This document shows, in pieces, positions 41,863 to 55,856 of a DNA stretch of 64,000 bases. The notes under the pieces are model-generated. The model was given only the letters and a program-made list of their open reading frames with translations. It had not been told where the DNA came from and did no database searches. Within the stretch, counting starts at the first letter, position 1, and the number at the start of each line of letters is the position of its first letter. The translations under genes and the position numbers were made by a program. The DNA comes from the human T2T-CHM13v2.0 reference genome, Homo sapiens. The stretch lies in assembly GCF_009914755.1 (NCBI RefSeq), contig NC_060929.1. One strand, 5' to 3'.

Positions 41863-42067
41863 ACTGCTGTTGGGAATTGGGCGATAACTGCTCTAGCTAC
41901 TTCTTGCTGGATAGGGGCAAAGAAGGGGCCCTGCCGTTGTAGTGTCCTCCAGAGGGGAACTCTCTAGGCCAAAGGGCCAGTGGGTCAGTCCAGGGGTCCT
42001 TGGTAGAAATTGTGAGTTGAGCTCATTTGGGTTTCCATTTGTAAGACCATCTGTAGCCTAATGGCCT
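41863..42067 (-). repeat. Exact inverted duplicate of 40311-40515 (ERV9 env 3' end and pre-PPT region)
   Basis: Base-by-base reverse-complement comparison gives 205/205 identity. Confidence 0.97.
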
Positions 42068-42087
42068 TGGAGTAGAGAACTCCAAGG

Positions 42088-43173
<1,086 letters not shown>

Positions 43174-44408
43174 TAGTTGTCACTAAAAACGATATAGAAT
43201 TTTTATTGCACAAAATGTGTGAATAGAGATCTCCCTGTTTTACCTGTGTGCCACTACTTGCCACTGTTCACACTTAGGATGTTCAATAAATGACCATATG
43301 AACGCGTAAATTGATAAATGTGAGGACTTTATTACTCTATCACTTTCATTTGTCTAGACCAGTTGGTTTGGCATGGTGGAGACATATCCTGAGTGCTGTT
43401 TTAAATCCTGCTTTTTTTCAGGTATAGAGAAAGTAGAATCACACTTCCTAAAGTTTAATCTATTGAACAACTTCACTTTTTCTGTAGAATACAAAGTTTG
43501 TGAATTGCTGGGCTAAGCATCATCTCCATTGTCATTATTGTATCAGAACTCTAGAGGACTTGCATAGAATCCCAATAGCGCCAATAATGGATTTCATTTT
43601 CATCACTCAGTGGGGCTTTCAGTTGCTCATTTGAATTTATTTCACCCATTTGACTGACAATCACAAATGAACAGAAATGTGGAAACGTTTGGTCTGGTTT
43701 TTTTTTTTTAACTTTAAGCATATATTTTATGCCACTATTTCTAATTGGGTATTGACAGCCAGTATCCTAAAATAGTAGCCCTTCCATGCTATTATGAAGG
43801 AAACTGATAATACATGAGAAAGCACATGTAAGAAAGCAATATCATGAATTTAAATATATACTATGGAGAAGAATCTATCATTTATAGTAGTTGTTTTAAG
43901 GCTTATATGAAAATTGTAGCCATCATAAAACTGTGAATTACAACCTTAATGTAATGTAGTCTTCCTAAATACAAATAGAAAGGGATTGTTAATCCATACC
44001 ATACCTAGCAAAATAATCATGACAATTTTCTATTTCAAGCCAATAAGCCCTTTCGAATTTTTTAAACATTTGTCATTTTACAAATAAATGTGTGCAAGTA
44101 ATAATAAAGGGGTAGTAAAGATAATAAAAGCAGCCTCTTTGCATTGCGTGAATGTTCTCACAGAAGTATCATAAAATGTGAAATAATACTATTAGATGTC
44201 GCTTTAGCAAAACTGATGTTCCAGATTCTTTTTGCATTATAATGTGTGGTGAAGTTCTTCCTGTTGAATGACTTACTGGATAAGAATGCTATGTTTTCTT
44301 TTTTTTTTCCTTAGGAATATATATCGTACTCAATATTTTGTTTTGAAAAAATACACCTAGGATATGATCATATGAAGAGTCATAGTTTGAGATTTACTTT
44401 TATGACCA

Positions 44409-44459
44409 AGTTAATCATTATTATTAGTTAATTATTATTATTAGTTAATCATTATTATT
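44409..44459. repeat. 17-bp tandem repeat x3 (AGTTAAT[C/T]ATTATTATT)
   Basis: Three adjacent units with one mismatch. Confidence 0.9.
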
Positions 44460-44474
44460 AATTAGTATTAGTCA

Positions 44475-44685
44475 TGAGCTGCACCATCTAATGCTGTAAA
44501 CACTTGTGATATGTGGCAATTCCAATTTTAAATAAGTAAAAAATTTAGTTTCTAAGTTATACAAACTCAATTTCAAGGGTTCTATAGCCTTAAATAACTG
44601 GTAGATCCTGTATTATTAACAGCACAAATATAGACTGTTTCTATCATTACAGAAGGTTCTGTCAAATAGCAATTGCACAGAGTGC
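44475..44685. mobile_element. MER3/MER33-like hAT fragment
   Basis: GAGCTGCACCATCTAA...TTTCTATCATTACAGAAGGTTCTGTCAAATAGC. Confidence 0.6.
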
Positions 44686-45716
44686 TATGGTTTGCTTGAA
44701 TTCATCTTCTGAGTTACCTAATAATTGTGAAATATCTTCCTCGGTCAATTTTCTTCCCTATGCCATTATAATTGGAAAATAAAAAATTTTTATTCTCAGT
44801 TTTGCTTAGAAAAAGCCAAAAGCTGATTGGAATGATGATCAAGTTCTTCCAATCTTTCAAAATATGGTATCTCTGGGCTTTTTGAAAGCTGCTTTTGGAA
44901 TATGAAATAATTTTGGAGTGCTGACCTAGATTTTGTTTTCTTCTGTTACTACCATATCTTTTGCCTGTAATTTACAATGTAATCATAATGGGATATGTAG
45001 TTACTTTTGTTTGACTGTTTTATGGTATTGTAATATTCTCAAGTGTACTTGCTTTTACATATCTAGCACCAGTCTCACTTTGGAAGGTTAACTAAATCTT
45101 GGAAGGAAATACATGAAAGGAAACAGGAAAGTAAAAGAAAGATAAGTAAACAAGTAAGAAAGAAAAAAAATTAAGAACTGTATAATTTAGCAGTAGTCTG
45201 CAAAAAATATAGAAATTTAGATACTAAGAATCTGACCACTCATTTTGCAAAAGAAGAAAATTTTGTCATAGATGCTAGTAATTTGCTATATGTTCTGTGT
45301 TAGTTTTTTTTTTTACTGCTGTAACAAATTACCACAATCTTAATGCTTTAAAACAACCCAAATTTATCTTACAATTCTTTAGTGTCTTATTAATTTTGAA
45401 AATTTCTCAGTCATTCATAATTCAAATATTGTCTCTGTTTTTTTCTTTCTTCTTCTGATATCCCCATTACACATCTGTTACATGGTTTGTGATGGGCTCA
45501 TAGTTCTTGGATATTCTCTCCAATTCTTTTCATTTTTTTATAGCTTGCATTTCAGTTTATAAAGTTTCTATTGATATATCTTCCAGCTCAATAATTCTTT
45601 TCTCAGTCATTTTTAGCCCATTGATGAGCCAGTCAAGGCATTCTTCATTTCTGTGATAATAAATGCGTGTGTGTCTGGTACGTGTGTGTCTGTTGTGTGT
45701 GTGTGTGCAATTTCTA

Positions 45717-46025
<309 letters not shown>

Positions 46026-46446
46026 TTATTTTTTAGAGTTCCATCTCTCTGCTTACATTATCCATCAGGTCCTACATGTTGTCCACCTTTTCACAGGAGT
46101 TCCCCAGCATGTTAATGATAGTTATTTTAAATTTCTGTTCTAATAATTTCAAAATCTCTACCATATCTGAGTTTGGGTTCTGATGCTTACTTTGTCTCTT
46201 CACACAATATATTTGTATTTTTTCTTCTTTTTTCCCTCCTTTTAGCATGTTTTGTAATATTTTATTGAATACACAACAAGGTATGAGGTAAGGTACTGAA
46301 GTAAATCATTCTTTAGCGATCTTTAGGTTGAGGCTTCATGTTTATATGCGGAGGGGTTAGGCTGTGTTTAATGTTTGCTGTAGCTGTAAGTGTTATAGGC
46401 CAAATTTTTCTCTAGAGTCCTTGATTTTGTCTCCTCAATGTGTTTT

Positions 46447-46758
<312 letters not shown>

Positions 46759-47013
46759 TCCCCAACATGTTTTAAATAGGTTCTGTGCCTCGCAATTCTT
46801 TTAGTTATAATGCACTCTTATGCAGCAGCCTGAGTGATACGGGCAGGTGCTGGAAAGCCTATCGTTAGGTCTGAGTCTGCTAGTGAGCTTTTTGCTCCTG
46901 GGCTGTGACTTTCCGAAGTGCTTCTCAGATTTTTTTCTCCCCTAAGGTGAAACAGAAAGGCTAGAGGGATTGGAAGTGGATATCTTTCTTCCCCAAATTG
47001 GATAGGCTCTGAT

Positions 47014-47073
47014 TATATATATATATATATATATACATACATACAGAGAGAGAGACAGAGAGAGAGAGAGAGA
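47014..47073. repeat. Compound (TA)n(CATA)n(GA)n microsatellite
   Basis: Seen directly. Confidence 0.92.
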
Positions 47074-48198
47074 AACTCAGCCCCTGGAGTTTCTAACCTC
47101 AAGCTAGCTGACATTGAGCTTCTATCAGTTCAGGATTTACAAAGAAAGTGTTTCTACTAATCTTGGCTCTAGCAATGAGCTTCTGCCTCTGGCTCTGGTC
47201 CTGGTAAATTGTAATTCTTGTTACTCACCTCTTTCTCTAGTTTTCAGGAAAGTGCTTCATCTTTGATCTCAATTTCTTAATAGACATAAGAAGAGTTGTT
47301 GATAATCAGTTACTTCAGATGTTTCCTTGTTCTGAGGAGGAAGTGACAACTTCCAAACTGTTTATATGTCAGACCAGAAAGTGTAATTTCAGGCTCCTTT
47401 TCTTTTTCAAAGCTAGCAATGGCTGGTTGACTCTTTCTCTGGGGATTGGGTTATAAACATCTTGCAGGAAGCAATTATTCTTCCTCTGTATTCAGAAGTT
47501 AAAGAAGTGGGATTATAAGGTAGCTTTCCTTCATAATGGACTTTCTCTTTAAGCACTTTTAAAACTCATTAAAACATCTCTGTCTGTCTCCGTGTCTCAA
47601 AAACATCAACTTTGCGATTTGTTTCCTAATTTGGGTAACATTTTCTTTTCCGTATGATGCTGTTTCTACTAAAACTATACAAATGTGATTTTAATTTGTA
47701 ATTTAGTCCCTCTAAGATGATTCTTGATGAAAACTGGCCTAAAATTATACTTAGAAATTAGCATCAAAATTCGTATTCTCCATACTTACAAAAATCTAGG
47801 CTTAATATCTTAAAATTGACTTAGCCCCAAAGTCACCTCTCTGTGTGAATTTCAAATTAACCTTATATGATATTGGAGATCTACAAACTATTATAAACAG
47901 TCCAGAGATGAGTACATAATTGAAATAAACAATAAGCATTATAAAACATAAAAAACATAAGTTCAGCACTTCCACACTTCCAGTTATATAAACTAAATAA
48001 AAGTACTTTGTTCTATTAAATACTACTGGATGTAGCATCAACATTTCAACTAGTCTCAGTTAGTGTCAGTGATTCTTACAAAGAAGCAAAATCTCAATAA
48101 ACAATCCAATATTATTAATAAAAAGGAAGATAATATGCAATGCAAATTCTTTCAAAATAACATCAATGTAGTCTGGAATTACAGCATGATGAATATGC

Positions 48199-48926
48199 TT
48201 TTTTATTTTATTATTATTATACTTTAAGTTTTAGTGTACATGTGCACAACGTGCAGGTTAGTTACATATGTATACATGTGCCATGCTAGTGTGCTGCACC
48301 CATTAACTCATCATTTAGCATTAGGTATATCTCCTAGAGCTATCCCTCCCCCCTCCCCCCACCCCACAACAGTCCCCAGAGTGTGATGTTCCCCTTCCTG
48401 TGTCCATGTGTTCTCATTGTTCAATTCGCACCTATGAGTGAGAATATGTGGTGTTTGGTTTTTTGTTCTTGGGATAGTTTACTGAGAATGATGATTTTCA
48501 ATTTCATCCATGTCCCTACAAAGGACATGAACTCATCATTTTTTATGGCTGCATAGTATTCCATCTTGTATATGTGCCACATTTTCTTAATCCAGTCTAT
48601 CATTGTTGGACATTTGGGTTGGTTCCAAGTCTTTGCTATTGTGGATAGTGCCACAATAAACATAGGTGTGCATGTGTCTTTATAGCAGCATGATTTATAG
48701 TCCTTTGGGTATATACCCAGTAATGGGATGGCTGGGTCAAATGGTATTTCTAGTTCTAGATCCCTGAGGAATCGCTACACTGACTTCCACAATGGTTGAA
48801 CTAGTTTACAGTCCCACCAACAGTGTAAAAGTGTTCCTATTCCTCCACATCCTCTCCAGCACTTGTTGTTTCCTGACTTTTTAATGATTGCCATTCTAAC
48901 TGGTGTGAGATGGTTATCTCATTGTG
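48199..48926 (-). mobile_element. L1PA2/3-like 3' end, 5'-truncated (about 730 bp)
   Basis: ATACTTTAAGTTTTAG...CCCTCCCCCCTCCCCCCACCCC...GATCCCTGAGGAATCGC; ORF2 C-terminus MFIVALSTIAKTWNQPKCP; TSD TGAATATGC/TGAATACAC. Confidence 0.95.
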
Positions 48927-50376
48927 AATACACATATTTTTAATTTGTAGTGTTTAATTGGCCTACTTTGCTAATAATGTTGAAAATTTTTAAGTTTCAG
49001 ACATGAGGCCCAATTCAGGGTCAATTGTCTAGATGTTTTTGAAACTCATGCAGTGTAAACTTGTATTCAAATACATTTTAGTCCTCAAAATGTTCATTAC
49101 ACAAAATCATCATCTTGACTGGCATTAATTAGAATCTTTGTCTGGAAGTCTCTGCAGAAAGGCTGAGAATTGAATGTACTAACAATGCCACTAAATTAAT
49201 TGCCTACAGTGATGGACGTGTAGGGCCAAATATTCAAAAGGCATCTAGTACTTGATCTATGATGGCCAATTTGAACTATTAGTTTCAAATAATGTCTACA
49301 TTGTCAATCTTGTTTCCACAGGACAAAAGGATGTCAGTGGAATGTTTTCAGAGGTAAGAAGGTTGAAGAAAACTATTTCCAACAATGGCTAAGCTGTATG
49401 GTACCATCCACACAGATCAAGAGACTACCTCCAGTTGTTCCAGTGTGCTAATTTGATTTTTTAGCATAATTATATGTTTGAGTAGAGTAGACTTACAGAC
49501 AGGTTATAAATGCATTGTTTTGAAGAACACATTTAATTGTATAGTCTGTATTTTATTAAGAAGCCATCAAAAGAAGGAAAAGTATGAAGATGTTCTATGC
49601 TATTTTATAATTGTTCTTATAAAACAAAATTTAAATATAATTAATAATTCTAGAAAATTCTATGTATTTTGAGCTAATATAATTATATTCACACAGTAGT
49701 AAGAGCAGATAATATCTACCTCTAAATGTTATAATAATGTGATAAAACATTTTCTTTTGAGACAAATATCAGATATGCAAAATGGAAGACAATAAGGAGT
49801 AATTATTATATTTTCAGAAGCTAAACAATTATTTTAAATGTTCTAGACCAAGAATATACTCTCAGGAATCATTTCTATAGTTCATTAAATATTCTAGACC
49901 TACGATGAAATATATAATATTATTAATGACTTATAATCTTAAAATAAAAATGATGGGATTAATGGGCTTGTTAATGTGTAATGTAAACATTGGTATCAAG
50001 TTTTGAAATTGTATTTCCCTGGCAGATATGGGACACATGATATCAAAATACTAAAGAATTCCTGTAAATGCTTTATCTAAGTGATATTAAATATTTTATA
50101 GCCAGTAAGCAGCCTAATGTGAAGAAAATAGTTTGGCATGAAGACTTGATATAAACCTAAATAATTCTTTGTTATCGGCTTTATTATCTCTAAATATCTC
50201 CTAATTCTTTGTCAAAAATTATTGTTTGTTGTGAAGATCAAATGAGAACACATTAAGAAAAGGTTGAAAACTGGCAACAATATAGCTTTTGAAGCCCTTT
50301 ACAGTCTGACCTCATCCTATTTCTGGAGCTATGTCTACCATTCTACTCCTGGTAATTTATGATAGATTGTGCTATT

Positions 50377-50655
50377 AAGGGTTGTCAGATAAAATACACG
50401 TAACCCAGTTAAATTTGAATTTTATGTAAACAAAGCATACTTCTTTTACTATGAGTGTGTCTCACATATTACAGTGAGCATGATTATAGTAAAAATATTA
50501 AGTAGGGTCAAGTAGAGCCGAGTAGAGCATTATTAGAGTATTAGTCCCAAGCAATATTTGGGGCATAGTTATACTAAAATAAAAATAATTGTTTAGGTAA
50601 AATTAAAATTTTACTGGACAACTTAAACTTGTATTTACGAAATCTGGCGACCCTA
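50377..50655. mobile_element. MER53 hAT MITE with an internal insertion
   Basis: Terminal inverted repeats AAGGGTTGTCAGAT...ATCTGGCGACCCTA; CCAGTTAAATTTGAATTT and AAATTAAAATTTTACTGG inverted arms. Confidence 0.8.
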
Positions 50656-51899
50656 GCCATTGCCAAATTGATTAACCTTAGAACTATGTTTACCAGAATC
50701 CCTTTGACTGTATGTAGATTTGGCCAAAATGGACTTTGAACATGACTTCCATGATGGAAGTGAAGTAGCCACTTTTATTCTATAGGACTTTGAAGTCAGA
50801 TAGGGTGATGGAAAGAAAGGTACTTGTTGGGATTTAGCTTAATCTCACTGTCCTTGATGCAGCCTCTAGTTTCTGTCTTGATTGCTGAGGTTTAATTGTG
50901 GCAAGAGACCTCTCCAGGAGCTGGCAGGGACATGCTTAGATTCTCAGCTTTTCCCACAAAAACTCTAATTTGTCCATCTGTGTGATGCTTCTTAAGGACT
51001 TGTTAGTCTATTTTTCTCTGTGTCTGCTTATCCCAATAATCTTCACTTCTCAACTCCTCCCACATTTATATAAGACTTGATTTCTGTAATATCCATGACA
51101 TTGAAAATACTCACTATCACAATTTAAGTAACTCTGATTGAATTAAGATAAATATGGATAATAGAAGTATCAATAATTTGATTGGACTAGTTTCATTAAA
51201 GGTAAATTGGCAAAATTTTGCAAGTAGCTTGATATATGTACTGCTTCCTTCTGGGCCACATCTTGTAACTAGTAAGTCATTTAAGATTTAAGTCTGCCTA
51301 TAGGTCTGGAAGCTCAGCATATCTCTGTTAGAAATTTGCTCATTACTTTTTCAAAAGTTAATATTTCGTCAAATTCTCCAGCAAGTTGTCAAACCCACCA
51401 CCTATGGACATATAGGTTGCTTTATTTAGCACCCTGATATTGCATACAGAATTGGTACAGATTAAATAATTTAGTTTATAGTAAGGGAAGAACATACATG
51501 GGCTTACGGTAATGGAATTTCCTATTCTTAACCTCTGGTCTTAACAACCTGGTTACATATATTTCATTACAACTACTGTAAGTGGTCTGAAGAAGCAGTG
51601 AAATACACTAGCTGATACTTTGTGAGGTTCAGATAATGTCCTCCAGGATATAACAATGCTTTGAATCAGTGATCAGTATATAATGCTGTTTTTTCCATAG
51701 CCCACATTCATGCATATAAGAGTCAAGAGCTGAGGGGGTATAGTAGTGAATATCTTACTATTACCCCTAGCAATCTCTCAAGAAATTGTTTGCTTCCTAT
51801 CTTGCAATGTTGACTCTTTTGTTTTAGAAACAATATTTCTCAGTGAGGGAAGGATTTCTCCAAGGTACATAAAAATGTTAATGAAAAACTAAAGTTTCC

Positions 51900-52134
51900 A
51901 TTAAACTGATAGTTGAGGCTACCACCTGGCCATATCGTGATGTTTGTGACAGTTATCTATCAGGAAAAGAAGGAGGTTAACATAGTGGTTGCAGTGATTC
52001 ATTCTGAATCTACAGAGGAACTTGGGTTCCTGCTTTACAATAGAAGTGGAGAGAACATCTGGAATTCAGGAGGTCTGCTAGGGCCTCTCTTAGAAATATT
52101 TTTTCCTAAAATAAATGCCAAAAGAAAACATTAA
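51900..52134 (+). pseudogene. ERVL dUTPase remnant
   Basis: LRLPPGH...EELGFLLYN...WNSGGLLGPLL resembles ERVL dUTPase (LRLPPGHFG...GEIGLLLHN...WNTGDPLGRLL, from recall). Confidence 0.75.
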
Positions 52135-52961
52135 CATCTCAGTATAGGCATGACTACTAATTACTCAGATGCTGTAGAAATGAGGATTTGGGTCACTCTA
52201 CTAGCAAGGAACCATGCCAAGCTAACATAATTTCTGAGGTCAAAGAGAATATGGAATTGGAAATAGAAGACAGTTATAAATACCACTTATAGCCACATGA
52301 CCAGTTGTACATTTGCATATGTTACCAATTAGGAATATTTATTCTTTGCTTTAACATGAATATACTTGTATATTCACTAACAGATGATTTTTCTTTCCCA
52401 CTTTCATTCTCCTAGTAGCTAACATAAGATGTGATCATCATAGTCAACCGTATATCCCAGTAGTTAATTTATAGGATATAAGAAGGGTAGCGATTGCTAG
52501 AAAAGAAATAAATCTTACCAAAGTATATACGTATTTTTGTGTCTTTTTTATAATGAGGGTTAGTGAATTTTCAGTTGTATGAGTCATGGTTGCCTCGTGT
52601 TGTGTGGAAGCAGATGACTGCTATTTTCTGAATTTGGAAATGAATATATTTCAATAGATATTATGAATGCCAAAATGTGCTATTGTGTTAAGCTGGGTAT
52701 TATGTTATTCAAAATTGATTTCCTATATGGCATTGGGATAATGTTGGCTGATAGAGAAACTTGTTATTTCCACTGCAGGGATTGGATGCACTTAGTTCCT
52801 CAGGATTCCCTGCAGACCCAAACTGCTCCCTCTGCTTCAGGGTTTCAGAGGATTTGTTAGTCATGCTTACTCTGTACTGTCAACCCATCCTTCCAAACCT
52901 TCGCTTCACCAGCTTCTCAACAAACAATATAAGCTGTAACTCCTCTAAAAGCCATTTTTCC

Positions 52962-54020
52962 ATATAGCAGACAGATTCCAGGTTGACCCTCAATAATCTG
53001 CTTCCTGATCTTTAGGCCTTTGTGCAGTTGCCCCTCCTTGGGTGTGGGTGGAAACTGTGCACTGCTTTTAACCAGTAGAGTACAGAAAATTTGATGTGAT
53101 ATTACTCCCTTGATTATGTTACATTCTATAGAACTCTCTCTCTTAGCAGACTGTAGAGATATCTACTCCTGCTGATCTCTAAGAAGTAATTTTTCGGTCC
53201 GAAAGTAATTGAGGTAGGAGGTGGGACTCGACTCCAGAGATGAGGATTGGACACAGGACCAAATTGAAGACTTCCTAGAACAGGGCCAGGGCAGAGTCAG
53301 CTTTTCATCAGATACACACGCTAGTGTGCCATTTTGGTTTACTATTGCCATGACAACACCCAGAGTTACCACCCCTTTCTGTGGCAATGACCTGATGGCC
53401 CAAAAGTTACTACCCCTTCCCTAGAAATTTCTGCAAACACCACCCCTTAATCTGCATGTGATTAAAAGTATGTATAAACATGACTGCAAAACTGTCCTGA
53501 GCTACTACTCTCTGTCTACAGTACAGGGTAGGCCTGCTCTGCAGGAAAAGTCATGGAACTGTAACACTGCAGGAGTTGTAACACTGCATCTTCAATAAAA
53601 CTGTTTTCTTCTACCTGTGGCTTGCCCTTGAATTCTTTCCTGGACAAAGCCAAGAACCCTAATGGGCTAAGCCCCATTTTGGGGCTCACCTGCCCTGCAT
53701 CATTATGACATGAAATGTCCAAGGAGAATCCAACTTGGCAACAAATTGTGTGCAGCCTCTAGGAGCTGAGAGTCTCATTCTTACAGCTGCAAGGGACTGA
53801 ATTTTGCCAACAACCACATGAGCCTGGAAGGAAATGCAAGTTCTGGAAAGGAACACAGCCTCGCTAACATGTTCACTACAGCTTTGTGAGACTCTGAGCA
53901 CAGAAAGAAGCTAAACCAATATCTTGACTCTGGTCTCACAGAAACTGTGAAATAATGAATCTATTGTTGTAAGTTGATAATCCTGTGTTAATTTATTATA
54001 CAGTGGGAGAAAACCAGTAT
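52962..54020 (+). mobile_element. MLT1E/F-like MaLR LTR, interrupted by the 53210-53702 LTR
   Basis: CAGCCTCTAGGAGCTGAG, GACTGAATTTTGCCAACAACCACATGAGC, CACAGAAACTGTGAAATAAT. Confidence 0.8.
53210..53702 (+). mobile_element. MER66-like ERV1 solo LTR
   Basis: TGAGGTAGGAGGTGGGACTCGACTCC...AATAAA...GCCCTGCATCA; near TSD TAAT/TTAT. Confidence 0.8.
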
Positions 54021-54424
54021 AGCCCATAATACTCAGAGTGGTATTGCTAACCTGACTGAAACCTAATTGATTCACACTTTATAGTGGATAATACTGCTGG
54101 GATTTTACACTTATTTTAAGTAATTGTTTTTCCCATGAAGCTGGAAATTTCACAAAGGAGTTACTTGTTTATATTTCCATTATCAGTATACACAGATATA
54201 CAAAGCACCTAATAAATAGTTGTTGAATGGAAGTGATTGAGTCATCAAATAAATAAATTATTGAGCAAATTATGAATCCATGTCAGATTTTGTCTGGAAA
54301 ATGAGAATGAGTCACAGTAGCTAAAATTTTCCTCAATTTATGTCAGGACAGTGAATTGCTAATATTCCAAATTACTAACATAAAGTTGGTTTAGTATGTT
54401 TAAAAAATTTATTTTAATTCTTCT

Positions 54425-54610
54425 ATTGTAAGATTCTTGATGTGCACTGTTTGATGTCAGAATCCCCTGAGGTTCTCCTTAAGAAATGCAAACTTATAGA
54501 CACCAATTCAGATATCACGGATCAGAATTTCTTAGTGTGGAACCTCAGAATATCCATATTAAACAGATTCCCCAAGTAAAACTCACTTGTACAAATATTT
54601 AACAACTCTT
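54425..54610. mobile_element. MER5-like hAT fragment
   Basis: CAGAATCCCCTGAGG...AAATGCA...ATCAGAATTTCT...CCCCAAGT. Confidence 0.6.
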
Positions 54611-55531
54611 TCTGGAGAAGCAGGACTTTCTTTTTATGAAAGAAAAAAATCTTTGTTTTGCACAGAAAGTAGGTGCTTCACTGTACAAATTGGAAAATCC
54701 AAATAATCTATACCTATAACTGGGTGATAAGAATGAGTTAATATGCTATTGTTAAAAGTTAGAAGACAATTTTACTGAAGAAATGAAAGCGTCAGAGTAA
54801 GGGATATAGGCCAATGATGGAAAGGATCATCTAAAATATCATCTGGAAATGCAATTTTAGAATTTTATTTTGTGTGTAATGTGTTAAAAATAATACTCTT
54901 AATTCACTTGCTTTGTGGAATGTTGAAAAGATTTTTTTTAACTTGTAAACATGGTGTCAGATTGTAAGTGTTTTTCCATAATTTTAAAAGAAATCTTGAT
55001 TCTATTTCTTTTAATTACATCTCTGGTTTATAAAAATAATTTTAATATTTTTTTCTTGGTCGTTGTTCAAAGGATGGTATTTTGCTAGTATAATTGTATA
55101 TTAGATGATCTTTAATATCTATTCATCAAAAAACCCATAATACTCATTAACTAAAAGATAAGTAATCAAGAAATCCCTTAACATGCATTATTATGTTAAA
55201 ACTGCTAATATATTTTTACAAAAAAATATTCTGATGAACTTTTAATGGGAAATATATTTACATTGTACTTACTAGTGAAAAACAGTTAAAAAGTTAAGAA
55301 TGCTTGAGAAAGCTATATGAGGACAAATGGTTTAAAATTGTTGCTATAGCAATTGATGAGATTAATAAAATAGCAATGAATTTAGTTCAATGCTAAAATA
55401 AACACCAGACACTAATGTGCCTTTAAAGACTAAATAACTTAATTAAAGTAATGATATCATTCCTTTCTAGCTCATCTATCCACTATTTTCCCCTATACTT
55501 GCATATAGGAAACAAAGCTCAGAACATCTTA

Positions 55532-55856
55532 TTTATTTATTTATTTAGTTAGTTAGTTAGTTAGTTAGTTATTTTTGAGACAGTCTTGCTCTGTCGCCCA
55601 GGCTGGAGTGCGGTGGCACAATCTTTGCTCACTGAAGCCTCCACCTCCCAGGTTCAAGCGATTCGTCTGCCTCAGCCTTCTGAGCAGCTGGGATTGCAGG
55701 CACCCACCACCACACCAGGCAAATTTTTGTATTTTTAGTACAGACAGGGTTTCACCATGTTGGACAGCCTGGTATCAAACTCCTGACCTCAGGTGACCTG
55801 CCTTCCTCCGCCTCCTAAAGTGCTAGGATTACAGGCGTGAGCCACCGCACCCAGCC
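55532..55856 (-). mobile_element. AluSx-like SINE with (TTTA)n(TTAG)n tail
   Basis: Antisense dimer; TSD AGAACATCTTA/AGAATATCTTA. Confidence 0.95.

Larger units (their letters stand above)
50359..54075 (+). mobile_element. Ancient internally deleted ERVL provirus with LTR33-like LTRs (about 50359-51115, and 52675-52960 plus 54020-54075)
   Basis: Two related LTR-like segments (TGTGCTATT...AACTATGTTTACCAGAATCCC and TGTGCTATTG...AAGCTGGGTATTATG) flank an ERVL integrase/dUTPase remnant. Confidence 0.6.

Noticed and set aside
44290-44320. Isolated strong-looking splice acceptors (also near 4924, 34314, 43402 and 63282)
   Set aside because: Pyrimidine-tract-AG motifs are common in AT-rich DNA, and I identified no paired donor or coding frame.
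48343-48366. G-quadruplex-forming tract on the minus strand
   Set aside because: Ordinary feature of the L1PA 3' UTR.
54238-54314. Two TGAGTCA AP-1 motifs 70 bp apart
   Set aside because: Two hits with no other support are compatible with chance.
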